Shown here: in pieces, positions 49,015 through 63,089 of the stretch | How positions within the stretch are numbered: position 1 is the first letter of the stretch | How the letters are laid out: every line of letters begins with the position of its first letter | Source of the DNA: Octopus bimaculoides | Taxonomy: Eukaryota | Length of the DNA stretch: 64,000 bases | Assembly: GCF_001194135.2 (NCBI RefSeq) | Contig: NC_068987.1 | Location: 60,448,171 to 60,512,170 of the forward strand | Direction: 5' to 3' | The notes under the pieces: model-generated | What the model was told of the DNA's origin: nothing | Databases searched by the model: none | What the model saw: the letters and a program-made list of their open reading frames with translations, nothing else | Made by a program: the position numbers and the translations under genes

Positions 49015-49495
49015 GGAGGTGAGCTGCTAGAATCGTTAACACACCAAACAAAATGCTTAGTGACATTTCATCCATCTTTACATCCTGAGTTCAAATTTCA
49101 CTGCCACTTGAAAAGCACCTATGCTGGTGCTGCATAAATATGCCCGTGCTGGAGTTGTGTAAACACACCCATGCTGGTGGCACATAAAAAGCACCTAGCA
49201 CACTCATTTAAGTAATTGACATTAGGAAGAACATCCAACCATAGAAACCATGCCACAACAGACAACTGGAGTCTGGACAGCTCTCTGCTAGCTGGCTCCA
49301 TGTTAAACTGTCCAACTCATGTCTGTATGAAAAGCAGACATTAAACAATGATGATGATGGTGATGATGATGTTGACTTTGCCTTTCATCCTTTCAGGGTT
49401 GATAAAATAAGTACCAGTTCAGCGCTGGGGCCGATGTCATCAACTTATCTCCTCCCCCAAAGTTTCTGGCCTTGTGCCAAAATTTGAAACCAATA
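49015..49495 (+). mobile_element. Family C SINE split by an inserted family A element (49100-49370)
   Basis: Family C head ends at GAGTTCAAATTTCACTG; its core resumes at GTTGACTTTGCCTTTCATCC after the (GAT)n tail of the family A copy. Confidence 0.75.
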
Positions 49496-49621
49496 TGTTT
49501 ATTTATCCTACACAATAATGTGAATACATAGACCCAACAGCTTGATCTCTCACTCATTAGAAGTACCTATGAATGGCTGGTCAGATCTGTTCTTTTGAGG
49601 ATGAGTGGAGAAATAATTGTG

Positions 49622-49870
49622 AAAGTGTGTGGCCAAGTGGTTAGGGTTTTGGACTCATGATTGGAAAATTGCAGTTTCAATTCTTGAACCAGGTGATGCA
49701 CTGTGTTTTTCAGCAAAACACTTAATTTCCCATTGCTCCAGTTCACTCAGCTGGAAAAATTAGTAATCCTGTGACTGACCAGAATCCTGTTCTGGAGGTA
49801 AATATATCTATGCTATGGAGACCAGGAAACAGGGAAACTGGCCTTTATGAGTCCATAGGGCTCAAGAATA
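49622..49870 (+). mobile_element. Family B variant tRNA-SINE
   Basis: GTGTGGCCAAGTGGTTAGGG head; CCATTGCTCCAGTTCACTCAGCTGG domain. Confidence 0.7.
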
Positions 49871-50789
49871 AATAATTGAAGAAGTAATTGATTATGTCAG
49901 CTCTCAGTAACTCACTGATACTATTTTATAAACTCTGCAAAGATGGAAAATAAAGTGAATCTGATCAAGACTTGAACTCAGTGTGTATATAGCAGTAACT
50001 AGATACCACAAGGCACTTCGCTTAACTCCCTATAAATTTAACCAAACATGTGCTTTAAAATAACACTAAAATCTTAAATATATATGTATATATATATAGA
50101 TACATATATATATATATATACGTATCTATATATAAACATCATCATCATCATCATCATCGTTTAACATCTTACCAATCAGTTTCACACTAGGGGTTCAATA
50201 GGGTGTTAGGTAACAGTCTGATTATGTTTCACTGTGCTTTTCAGAGGTTGCCATCACAGAATGAAATATGGTGGCATTTAAGTGAAGGCATTTGATTTAG
50301 TATTTAGAGTATTCAACTCACGATCATAAGGTCACAAGTTTTATTCCTGGTGGCATATTCTGTCCTTGAGCAAGACACTTTATTTCACATTGCTCCAGTC
50401 CACTCAGCTGGCAAAAATAAGTTATATCTGTAATTCATAGGGCCAGCATTATCACATTCTGTGTCATGCTGAATTTCCCCAAGAACTACATTAAGGGTAA
50501 GCATGACTGTGGAGTGCTCAGCCACTTGCATGTTAATTTCATGAGCAGGCTGACCCATTGATCAGACCAACTGAAACCCACATCGTTGTAACCAACAGAG
50601 TGCCAGTTGAGATGCTCAAACTATGTAATGAAACAGAAGGTTTTAAAATATGCCTTTTGATATGATTTAGTTGACAATAACTGAAAAAAGCCCACCATAA
50701 ATATAACACATACCATTTTTTTTTGTTAAAAGCAGGGATAAAATTGTGCAATTTATACACAAGTAAATAATGTATGTATGTATGCATGT

Positions 50790-51170
50790 GTGGAGGCGCA
50801 ATGGCCCAGTGGTTAGGGCAGCGGACTCGCGGTCATAGGATCGCAGTTTCGATTCCCAGACCGAGCGTTGTGAGTGTTTATTGAGTGAAAACACCTAAAG
50901 CTCCATAAGGCTCCGGCAGGGGATGGTGGCGAACCCTGCTGTACTCTTTCACCACAACTTTCTCTCACTCTTACTTCCTGTTTCTGTTGTGCCTGTAATT
51001 CAAAGGGTCAGCCTTGTCACACTGTGTCATGCTGAATATCCCCGAGAACTACGTTAAGGGTACACGTGTCTGTGGAGTGCTCAGCCACTTGCACGTTAAT
51101 TTCACGAGCAGGCTGTTCCGTTGATCAGATCAACTGGAACCCTCAATTTTGTTAGCAATGGAATGCCAAC
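50790..51170 (+). mobile_element. Young full-length family B tRNA-SINE inserted in (ATGT)n
   Basis: GGAGGCGCAATGGCCCAGTGGTTAGGGCAGCGGACTCGCGG...GTTTCGATTCCC head; many CpGs; matches 11060-11447. Confidence 0.9.
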
Positions 51171-53989
51171 ATGTATGTATGTATGTATGCATGTATGCAC
51201 AGGGGATCAATTCCATGGGCAAAGAATAGCTATAAGGGGGATCGAGTTGAGCAGATATGGAGGCAATTATGCAGATAAATTAGATATATTTAATGTCTGA
51301 ATAAATGTTTCTGTATCTGCTCAGCTTCATCCCTTTTATAGCCATTCTTTATAACATGGAATTGGTCCCTTGTAAAAACATCAGTGACTAAGTTTGAATT
51401 ATTTGAGCTCTATTATGTTTGTATGTATGTATGTGGGTAAGTATATATGTATGTGTGTGTATATATATGTATGCAGTATATGTGTGTACTTGTGTGCACC
51501 TGTATATGCTGGTGTCTGTGTATGTATGTGTGTGCATGCATGTGTGTGTGTGTATGCATGTGTGTGCGCTTCTTTGCCTTGGGATCATGTGATAATTTTA
51601 AGTAATGTCTTACCGTCAAACAAGCAGTGTCATTCATTTCCAATCTTCTATAAAAACCTGTCCCATCATCTGGAAATATTACCTTACTCAGAAATAAATG
51701 AGGATGGGCAACAGGAAGGGCATCTGCCTCGATGAATTTCATCTGACCCATGCAAGCACAGAAAAGCAAACATTAAAACAATGAAAATGATGATGATGAT
51801 GATGATGATGATGACGACGATGACAACGACGATGAGCGATGATGATGACGATGACAATGACATGAATGATGATGATTATGTTGAGGATGATGATGGTGAA
51901 GAGGAAGGGGTAATTCAAATGGACATAACCAAATAACCTCCCATTTCTACTTAAACATCATCCCAATAATCTAATTTCTTCTTTTGAAAACCATTCCCTG
52001 TCATACAGGGTACCAATTATTCCATACCTGCTATTTCTCATTTTTTCAGATGGTTATTGTAGAATGCTACATGTGAAAGAGATTGTTTGTCCCACATTTA
52101 GCCCTCCTCCCATTTCTTAGCAACAAGGGATGCCATGAATGATTGTGCCACATTGTAGTGTAGCTGATTCTAAGAGAGAGACAGACAGACAGACAGGGAC
52201 AGAAAGACAGACAAGCAGGCAGGCAGGCAGACAGGCAGGCAAGCAGGCAAGCAGAAACAGAGAGAGAAGAATCATCTCCATTAATTGACTGGTATTATAT
52301 ATATTAACTCCAGAGGGATGAATAGTAAAGTTGACCATTGCAAGATTTGAACATACAACACAAAAAGCCAAACCAATTAGTCCAAGACATTTGTTAGACA
52401 CTCTAATGGTTCTAAGAACTAACTGTTTTCACCCCAATTAAGCAAAATAAATAATAATTAAAAACAGTTTCAAAAATGATTTTGTAATTTAAAATGTTGG
52501 CAGGAGCTGTCAATTTCTGAAATTGTAAATTTCCATTAAATTCATTCTATTTTTCCCTTTTGTTTATTTGTTTGTTTCCGTTTTGTTTTTGCTTTTGTGT
52601 TTTGTTTTGTTTTTCTTAGTCTTTAGTACAAATTATGTTTGGGGTTAATTTTTGTTTCTCATTACACAGAAAGCTATAAAATAAATACTTAGCATCTAGG
52701 ATTAATTATATCAGCTATATTATTTACTTATCAAGATTTACATGGGCAAAAATGTGTTTGAAATGAGAGCAATGCTTCTAAGTTCATTAATGCAATGAAA
52801 AAAATTTTTTTTAAATGCATACATATCTTCATGTGTGTCTGTGTATGTGCAGAGCAACACACATAAACACACACACACACACACACAACATGCACAACAC
52901 ATAACCAAGTTATTAGAATACTGGTCAACCAGCCAAAAGTGGAGCAGTTCATATCCCCTAATTGCCATTGTATCTATGGCAAGGTGCTAATTTATACTCC
53001 CTGTGGTCATATCCACCTAACTCATAGCAGATATGTCTATATATTATAGTTTACTGATGTAGCAACAACTGGACTGTAAAACTAAATTCTGTAAAAAAAA
53101 AGAAACCTTTCAGAAGATGAAGACTTAAGTACTGAGCTAACAATACAACTTTACAAATCACAAAATGTCTCAGAGACCTAACAGCATAGAACTGATATTA
53201 GGGCCACATTTAGAAATCACAATAGTTGAATACAGAGAACAGGTAAAACAATGCTTTTACTACAGTAGAATAATGCATTCTTGGAAGAATCAAGTATTAA
53301 TGAAAAGAGGATTGTGGATTACTGTTTGATCAGCTAAGCCTCGAAGCTGTTCTTTGATCAATATCTACAAGTGAATTTGGACCACATCTCACAGAAACAA
53401 GAGTTTGAACTGAGTAAAAAATTAAAGGCCTTGACGTTTGTGCACATTCTTATGCTTGAATGCCGAAGCTTTTGTAGTAGCACAGATACCTGACATAGAG
53501 CTTAATACAAAATTTAAAGTAGATCTATGTATTTCATATCATAAAATGTTACATTTACATGTAAGTTTTACTATATGTGACCCCTCTGACCGTTAAACAA
53601 GCTATAAAACATATGTGTCACATGTTACAAAATGATATATTGAAGCCATTATTAGGTCAACTCTTATACACAAACACAAACACACACACACACACAAATA
53701 CACACACATTACATAGGCCATATAAAAATCTACCAAAATTATATTTTACCTGATCTCTGTAAGCATGGAAAAATGGACAATAAAATGCTACTGCTATTGC
53801 CGATGTGTGTGTGTGTAAATGAAGGGTGTAGGTGTGGGTGTAATTAACTCCATAGGGATAATTTTTTTTCTTCGTTTATATGAAAAATCTTATTGTTTAT
53901 GTAACAGGTTGTTGCTTTTTAGCCTAAGGTTTGTCTTAATTGAGAAGTCTTATGATCTGGAATTCAAGTAATGATTCAGATCATATTAC

Positions 53990-54395
53990 TCTCTTTACTC
54001 TTTACTCTTTTACTTGTTTCAGTCATTTGACTGCGGCCATGCTGGAGCACCGCCTTTAGTCGAGCAAATCGACCCCAGGACTTATTCTTTGTAAGCCTAG
54101 TACTTATTCTATCGGTCTCTTTTTGACGAACCGCTAAGTTACGGGAACACACCACCATCGGTTGTCAAGCGATGTTGTGGGGACAAACACAGACACAAAC
54201 ATACACCCACACATACATATATATATACATATACGACGGGCTTCTTTCAATTTCCATCTACCAAATCCACTCACTAGGCTTTGGTCGGCCCAAGGCTATA
54301 GTAGAAGACACTTGCCCAAGGTGCCACGCAGTGGGAATGAACCCAGAACCAAGTGGTTGGTAAGCAAGCTACTTACCACACAGCCACTCCTACGC
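53990..54395 (-). mobile_element. Full-length OR-like CORE-SINE, closely similar to 57540-57945
   Basis: Reverse complement of head/CORE/tail; CpGs retained. Confidence 0.88.
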
Positions 54396-54983
54396 TTATT
54401 ACTTAATCTTTTTTTAAGAATAGTTTATCAAAGCCTACATTGTTCTGGTTAGATATGTCTCCTATTCTTATAACAACAGGGTGTGTTCTAAGAAAAATTC
54501 AGCTGCTATTTCTAGCAGGTCATTCAAGGACATTGAGTCCCTCTTTGCTGTCTCCTGCAATGGTTATGTAGCAGAACAAAGCTGCCTAAGTATCATCGAT
54601 CTGGCAGCACTCAGAGTGTCATATTTCATGTTTCACATCATAAAGCAAGATTGACTTACAAATTACCGACTGACATTTCACTATTTATTTAACCCCATGT
54701 TGGCTCTGATTGACCAAACCTGGGAGCAAAACATTTTTTGCTTTTCTAGAGAGTACGTATAAAACCTACATTATTCAATATAGTTTCTCTGTGCCTTAAG
54801 CACTAGGTTCTAATTTTTGGAAGATTTAGCTGTTATTAACTGACAATTTTAGATTCCTTGTTAGCTGGATACTATTCTTCATATTTTATCCAATACACCA
54901 TTACATGTGTCACATTTGTCATTCATATATGAGAAAAAAATCTGCTTATTTGAATGGTAATGTTGTTGTTGTTGCTGCTACTG

Positions 54984-55014
<31 letters not shown>

Positions 55015-55656
55015 TCATCCTAGAATAAGGACTATGATCAAATGACTTCCAATCATGACATTAATACCATATTAACTGTGATAGACTTTGAATTCTTAAT
55101 AACCACCGAGATCCTAAATGCAAGATAAATGAGGAAATTATGCCAATATCAAATTTGATAGATTTAGAATATATGATATCACCATCAGCAACATGTTAAT
55201 GCTAATTTTTCTATGCTTGCATGGATCAGATGAAACTTATTGAGGCAGATTTTCTATGGTCGGATGTTCTTTTTAGCTCAGACCCTTATCTATTTCTAAG
55301 TTATCTAATATTTCTCCAGAACCAGACGGGACCTTGATGACTGCTATTAAGCAGGAAACTATACTAGTCCTTGTATATATTTAATACTCAATATTTCATA
55401 TATTCAATAAGACATTCAATACTTCATTTCATTTTACTATTTATATTATATATTCCATATTCTATATCCCACATTAATTTTATAAGAATATAAATAAAAC
55501 ATAAAAAACAGACAGAGTTGGAACTCTTTTAAATACTATATTCCTCTATACACTCTCGTACAAACCCCTTTTTCATTTTATATATATATATATATATATT
55601 TATATGCTTACTTATATATATGAATATATACATAAATATATATATATATTATATGC

Positions 55657-55713
<57 letters not shown>

Positions 55714-57539
55714 GAACAGTCTCCTTTCTATCTGGTAAATACTATTGTATGTTTTTGTTTAGATGTTTCACTCAACGTCAAAGAAAAGAACACTTGCCTG
55801 AGGAACTGCACAGTGGGACTGAACCTGAAACCACATAATTGTGAAACAAACATCCTTAATCGCATAGCCATGTCTGCACTATACTTTATTAAATGTATGT
55901 GAGTGTATGTGTTTGTGTCTACATGTGTGTGTGATCGTGTGTATTTTCAGGTCATGTGGTTTTGCTATATGAATGTAATGAGAGTTTTGCCACTGAGGGA
56001 GTAAATTTCTGATGTATAATGTATTGATAATGGTCAGAGGAAGTCACTCTAAAACCTTTTATCTTTTCATTGTACTTTCAAGGAAGGAGTGAAGACCTTT
56101 TAGTTGAAATATAGATTTAATTTTCATAAACATATTTTTAAATGTATTACAAATATTTATTCATTTGCAACTAATGTTTCACTCTATTGTTTCTCAGATT
56201 TTCCTTATCTGGACAGTTGTTCAAGTGAAATAAAATAAAAGTTTAAAATAGTATTAGGAAAAAGTGTTGCATATGTCTATGCTGTTGATTATCTCCAGTC
56301 ATACGGTACTAATGTGGTCAGCGGATTTGATAGAACTCTAGATAGAGGGAAATAACTGCCAATTAACTTGAGGCTTTAGTTGCTTGACTTTACTTGGAAG
56401 ATCATTATGTATATTTATTTTAAGAAGAGCTGTTCACATCCTTTAATTTGACAAAAAAAAACTTATCTTGCTTGGATTTCAAATGGGTCTAGCAAAGAGA
56501 TATATTTGGGAAATGAAAGACTGAATTTTCTTCTGTTTCTTTTTTACTTTGACTTAAAATATTGGTTAGTGTCATAAGCATTTTTTTGGCAATACATAAA
56601 TTGCATCTATTTTCCCCATCATTACATAGCATAACTTTCTCAACATTGTTCTCTTTTATAGTAATATCACTAACTCCTCTGTCTTCAAGTTTCCATATAT
56701 ATATATATATATTGGGGTAATGATGTATGAATGAATAAGCTATGTATATTGGGATTTGAAGATGTTTTCTATCAGCCCTACGTATTCCATTTTAAAATCA
56801 TGTTTTTTTTTTGTTTTTGTTTTTTTACATCAGCTATCTACATGAACACCTTTGATAGACATTTTCCATTGGAAGGATAGCTTAATGTGTTTTCACAGTT
56901 GCATTCACTATTGGGGAAAATTGATGTTTTTGTGGTTTTTATTATAGTGGAAACCAGATTTTATGGAGTTCCCATTAAATATATTGTGGCATTTGCGTGT
57001 AATAGAGAAACATACGTTTATCAATGATAGGAAGTTTCATGCTATATTTGTAATTATAGTTATGATATATTGGAGGCTATACCAGATTATCTTCATATTT
57101 CTGTAGTTAATGATTTTGTATAAGCTGTTCATTGTTCTTAAGTTTATCTTTGAATCCATATTGTATTAAGCTATATTATAGGAAAACAATTTATTGAATA
57201 TTTTCTTATCTCATAAGTTTCATATTTGTCTGCTAATGTTATCTGTCATCCATAAAATGAGCAATGATAAGGTTAGAATATTTTTTATTAACATATTAGA
57301 ATAGATTGATCTAAAAATTAAAATAAAAGCAAACTTCAAAACAAACTTTAAAACATACATATTTTCATTACCAAAAACCAAATGAATACACTAATAAGAA
57401 TTAAACATTATAACACATATCACAAATAACTTTAATAGACAAACATCAAATATATTATTAGATAAGAAGTATTCAATAAGGACATCATCCACCTTTCCAT
57501 AATATTGGTTATGTGCATGGAAGTTTGTGTGTTATATAC

Positions 57540-57744
57540 TCTTTTACTCTTTTACTTGTTTCAGTCATTTGACTGCGGCCATGCTGGAGCACTGCCTTTG
57601 TAGTCGAGAAATTCGACCCCAGGACTTATTCTTTGTAAGCCTAGTACTTATTCTATCGGTCTCTTTTTGACGAACCGCTAAGTTACGGGGGACGTAAACA
57701 CACCAGCATCGGTTGTCAAGCAATGGTAGGGGGGACAAACACAG

Positions 57745-57775
<31 letters not shown>

Positions 57776-57945
57776 CATATATGCGACAGGCTTCTTTCAG
57801 TTTCCGTCTACCAAATCCACTCACAGGCTTTGGTCGGCCCGAGGCTATAGTAGAAGACACTTGCCCAAGGTGTCACGCAGTGGGACTGAACCCGGAACCA
57901 TGTGGTTGGTAAGCAAGCTACTTACCACACAGCCACTCCTGCACC
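57540..57945 (-). mobile_element. Full-length OR-like CORE-SINE
   Basis: As for 53990-54395. Confidence 0.88.
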
Positions 57946-58204
57946 TATATGTATTTTTATATAAACGTTGTGTGTGTGGGGGTGGGTGATGCACTGCTTC
58001 TGTACAAAGTGTGATATTACCTGGTGGTAATAACATGGATATTGAATACATAGCTTGATGTGTGAAGGTTGGCAAGAAATTAAGTAGGTGTGCATAATAT
58101 TAGTGAGCATGATGGACAGCACAAATGCTTAAGAGAACAAACAATTATGTATAAAATGAATTTGAAGTAGTGCCCATTGGAGGATGATAAATGGGGTAAA
58201 AGAA

Positions 58205-58405
58205 GTGCCAAGCAATCCAAGTGGGAGGAAGCTGCAAAGAATGAAGACCAAGAAACACATGATAGAAGTAATGAGAGCTGATTTCTAGAGGCTTAACTAC
58301 ACAATGGAGATGACAAAGGACTGGCGAGAAATTGTGTTGAATAAGACCCATCCACTACTTATAAGAATGGGAAAATTAACATAAAGTGTTGTTGATGGTG
58401 ATGAT
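58205..58405 (+). mobile_element. Decayed RTE-clade LINE 3' end
   Basis: GSCKE*RPRNT*/EVMRADF*RLNYTMEMTKDWREIVLNKTHP (GRP..TW motif remnant) ending in a GAT/GTT tail. Confidence 0.6.
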
Positions 58406-58895
58406 AACATGTATTATGTGTGTATGTATTATATATATATATATATATNNNNNNNNNNNNNNNNNNNNNNNNNNNNNNNNNNNNNNNNNNNNNNNNNNNN
58501 NNNNNNNNNNNNNNNNNNNNNNNNNNNNNNNNNNNNNNNNNNNNNNNNNNNNNNNNNNNNNNNNNNNNNNNNNNNNNNNNNNNNNNNNNNNNNNNNNNNN
58601 NNNNNNNNNNNNNNNNNNNNNNNNNNNNNNNNNNNNNNNNNNNNNNNNNNNNNNNNNNNNNNNNNNNNNNNNNNNNNNNNNNNNNNNNNNNNNNNNNNNN
58701 NNNNNNNNNNNNNNNNNNNNNNNNNNNNNNNNNNNNNNNNNNNNNNNNNNNNNNNNNNNNNNNNNNNNNNNNNNNNNNNNNNNNNNNNNNNNNNNNNNNN
58801 NNNNNNNNNNNNNNNNNNNNNNNNNNNNNNNNNNNNNNNNNNNNNNNNNNNNNNNNNNNNNNNNNNNNNNNNNNNNNNNNNNNNNNNNNNNNNNN

Positions 58896-58986
<91 letters not shown>
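58896..58986. repeat. (CT)n microsatellite
   Basis: Read directly. Confidence 0.97.
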
Positions 58987-58988
<2 letters not shown>

Positions 58989-59160
58989 ACCCTGTTTCTC
59001 TGACATCAACACTAATTCAGCCAACACTGCATTATACACACACACTCACAACCACAAATATATGATACACAAACACACACACGTGTGTATGTGTGTGTCA
59101 ATATATATGCATATATACATATATATATACTTATATATAATGCACTTTCTCTCTCTCTTT

Positions 59161-59239
<79 letters not shown>

Positions 59240-59308
59240 CACACACATATACGTGACTGGTTAAATATATACATATATGTATATTTATGTATTTGGTTAT
59301 TCTTCCAG

Positions 59309-59346
59309 GATCGTAAACAATTCAGAGAAAGCGATATTGTCAACAG
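59309..59346 (+). other. Weak candidate 38-nt exon
   Basis: ttattcttccag|GATCGT...CAACAG|gtttgc; DRKQFRESDIVN(R); donor is weak. Confidence 0.2.
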
Positions 59347-60209
59347 GTTTGCTACTAAATTATTATTATCAGTAATGCTACCAGACTTCATGTCTTCAGC
59401 CAACATAGTTTAGCATCAATCATTGTTGTCAGAAATCTTTGTTATCAGCTTCAAGCCATTCCACTCTTTTGTAGACAAACAACCCAGAGATCTTACTCTG
59501 CATCAACCACCATAGACTGAGCAGAATAACTTCAACAAGGAAACAAACAAAAGGTTGTTATAGATAGGTTATTATTTAATCAATTTAGTTTTTCTAAACA
59601 TATCTAGATAGCGATGCAATGAGTAATGTTTTTTGCCTTTCGTTTCAATGTTCTATTTACTTCATGCAAACACAATATATAGACTTAATTGCTTGATATA
59701 TTCTTAACTAGAAATATCCACCAATAAGTAATTAGAGCCATTGATTCAGAGCATTTGAACTCAGCAATACAAGTTCACAAAGCACTCATGAATTTTACAG
59801 TGCCCCCACCTAACCTTTTTATTTAGAGACCAACTCACTTAAATTATATTGTGAACATGTATAATAAATGGTAATAGAAGCAACATATTCTTTCTTCTGA
59901 ATAATTTACAGATCTTGTGTCTAATTAAATAGTCAATTATTTTGAAGTAATGCTAATTAGTATGGAGATCCGTCTCTCCTTATGGTGTCAATTTGATAGA
60001 CATTTCTCTACCCACTCAGTAGCAGCAAATAATAAACTGCTATCATATCAGCTTATCTAAAACCAAATCCAATAAAAGACAATAATTATAAATTTTGTTT
60101 CCAGATGGGTTTCCTTTTACAAGCAGAATCTCCATTATTAAGGATATATGTGTCTGTGGTACACTCATTTCTTTACACATCAATTCAGGAGCAGGTAAAT
60201 AGTTTATTA

Positions 60210-61096
60210 CAAGGGGGTACCCAAAAGTAACCAGAAACGTTTTCTGTAGTTCAGGCTTCTGCTACTAGAAGTCACCTGATGCGACCCTCAGGCATCAGTG
60301 TGCTGACTGGCATTGTCCAGTGAGGTCATACTGCCACGCGCTGCGTCTTTGTTTTGCATTGCTTCTCCCATGTTTGTTGATTTTTGCTATGGCTGAAACA
60401 AAGGAACAGCATTGCTTCCATGAAATTCTGTTTTCTACGGGGGAAAACAGCAGCTGAAACATTTCTCGTGATTCAAACAGCTTACAGGGCCACTGCCATG
60501 AGCAAAACATAAGTTTACAAGTGGTTTTCATGCTTTAGGAATGGTCACTTATCGCTTGAGGGTCAACCTCATTCAGGGCAACTGTCCACCTCTCAAAAGA
60601 ATGACATCATGAAAATTCCTAAACTGATCTTGGAAGACTGTCACCAAACAATTGATGAACTTGTTGATATGACTGGTGTATCCTGGAGCTCATGTCAATG
60701 AATTTTGAGTGAGGAATTGCAAATGAAAAGAGTTGCAGCAAAACTTGTGCCTTGCTTGCTCATTGAAAATCAAAAGCAGTCACGACCGAATGCGTGCTGT
60801 GAAGTGAAAGAATAGTTGGAAGTTGATCCTGACCTTTTTTCAAAGGTCATCACTGGTGATGAAAACTGCTGCTACAGAATCTGCAGATGTGAAAGAGGGG
60901 AAGAAAAAACAATGGAGGTGTTAAAAGGCATCACTTTGCAAGAGTTCTAAGACTGCTTCCAACAGTGGAAAACACATCTGAACTGATGCATTGCTTCAAA
61001 TGGAGAATACATTGAAGGCGATAAGAGTGTAAACATGTAAAATTAGGTGAAAGAAATAATATTGCAAAATTCTGGTTTCTTTTGGGTACCCCCTTG
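60210..61096 (+). mobile_element. Internally deleted mariner (irritans-like) with both TIRs and TA TSDs
   Basis: 27-bp TIRs CAAGGGGGTACCCAAAAG(T/A)AACCAGAA (26/27), TA at 60208-60209 and 61097-61098; MAETKEQ...GKTAAET...KWFSCFRNG...KRVAAKLVP...KVITGDE joined to ...FQQWKTHLN*CIASNGEYIEGD. Confidence 0.95.
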
Positions 61097-61136
61097 TAAA
61101 CAACTGAATATTGATCATCAAAGGATAGAGATCCAC

Positions 61137-61138
<2 letters not shown>

Positions 61139-61232
<94 letters not shown>
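61139..61232. repeat. (GT)n microsatellite
   Basis: Read directly. Confidence 0.97.
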
Positions 61233-61235
<3 letters not shown>

Positions 61236-61490
61236 TGTCTGTTTCTGTGTGTATGCATGTGTGTGTGTATACATATGTATGTATGCACATGTATAAATGT
61301 GTGCATGTGTATTTATGTATTTATTTATTGGACAACATAACAGGCAAACTATTTGAAAGACATGAATCATCCATGTGACTTTGTAATTGTTTTTATAATT
61401 TGTTATAGAACAATCCAGGATAATATAATTATCACCAGTCATATAAATCCACAACACTCAGCCCTTGAATCACTCTGTGACTTCTGCAAT

Positions 61491-61540
<50 letters not shown>

Positions 61541-61699
61541 GGTTGAGTATACCACAGACACAGATCAATGTTGGCTTAGCTGGCTGTAACTTTGAAGACA
61601 CTGTCAAAACTGTTTTTGTTAAAGAATAATAAATTTGTAACCATGGCCTATGCCAGTGCAGCATAACCAGCCCATTTAAGTGTACCCTTCAATCATTAG

Positions 61700-62108
61700 G
61701 CAATAAACAGTGTTGCAAAGACCAGTGGCATGTAAAAAGCACCATTCGAGCATGGTTGATGCCAGTGCTAGCTGACTGGTCCCATGAGGTGGCATGTTAA
61801 AAGTACCATTCGAGTGTGGTCATTGCCAGTGCCGCCTGACTGGCTCCCATGCCGGTGGCACATAAAAAGCACCATTCAAACATGGTCAATGCCAGTACCG
61901 CCTGACTGGACCTTGTGCCGGTGGCCCGTAAAAAAGTACCCATTACACTCTTGGAGCGGTTGGCGTTTAGGAAGGGCATCCAGCTGTAGAAACTTTACCA
62001 GATCAGACTGGAGCAAGGTGCAGCCTTCTGGCTTGCCAGCCCACAGTCAAACCGTCCAACCCATGCCAGCATCGAAAGCAGACGTTAAGCGACGATGATG
62101 ATGATGAA
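61700..62108 (+). mobile_element. Family A element with ~62-bp internal tandem units (~3.5 copies)
   Basis: GGTGGCA..TAAAAAGCACCATTC...GCCAGT.C.GCCTGACTGG repeated, then AGGAAGGGCATCCAGCTG core and tail. Confidence 0.85.
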
Positions 62109-62568
62109 GAACGTTATGCGTGTCTGTGTGTGTGTGTGTGTGAATGTATGTACATGTGTGTGTGTGTGTGTGTATGTGTGTGTGTTTGTATGAGTGTAAG
62201 CAATATGTATATATATCAGCAAGGAGAGTGGAGCGAGCAATTCATTTTATTACATAATTCTAGTCATCTCATTGAAATGTCAATGCAACAGTTGCAAAGT
62301 TATGTAATAAAACAAGTTGCTCACTCCATTCTGCATGATAATATTCATATAAATTCTGCAGATATTTATGAATTTCCAGATATCTCATCATATCCATTTC
62401 CTTTTTATATTCCTAGCTGACAGCCATACATGCATACATACATACATACATACATGAATGCATGCATAAACACACACATATATATGATATGTATATATAT
62501 ATATATATCTATCTATATAGACATATATATATATATATATATATATACATACATACACACACACATAC

Positions 62569-62628
<60 letters not shown>

Positions 62629-62864
62629 ATATATATAACATTGTTTCATCCTCATCCTTTTTAACATCCACTTTTCTATATTTGCAAGGGTTAGATGGAA
62701 ATCCTGTTGTCAATCCTTACCTGTTTCCATGCAAGGTAATATTTCCCCATGACCAGAAATGAATGATATTGCATGTATGAAAGTGTTACAGTAATACTAG
62801 ACACAGTCATACATATACACACACTCACACACCCGCACACACACACACACACACAGGTACACAC

Positions 62865-63025
62865 ACAAGATAAGCATCTTTCAGCTTCCATACAGTAAGT
62901 CTATTCACAAGGATTTAGTCAACCCAAGGTTACAGTAAAATACATTTGCCCAGTTGCCACACAGTGGGACTGAACCGAAAACCTTGTGATTGTAATGCAA
63001 ACTTCTTAACCACACAGCAACACCT
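62865..63025 (-). mobile_element. OR-like CORE-SINE head
   Basis: CACACAGTGGGACTGAACC is the reverse complement of the B-box region. Confidence 0.7.
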
Positions 63026-63089
63026 AACTATGTATAAATATATATATGTATATATACATACATATATATATATATATATATAATTTACG

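Noticed and set aside
50790-50865. tRNA gene
   Set aside because: It is the head of a SINE: no proper acceptor stem, and it continues into body and tail shared with other copies.
60189-60194. 6-nt microexon GAGCAG
   Set aside because: Weak acceptor and donor (GTAAAT); chance match likely.
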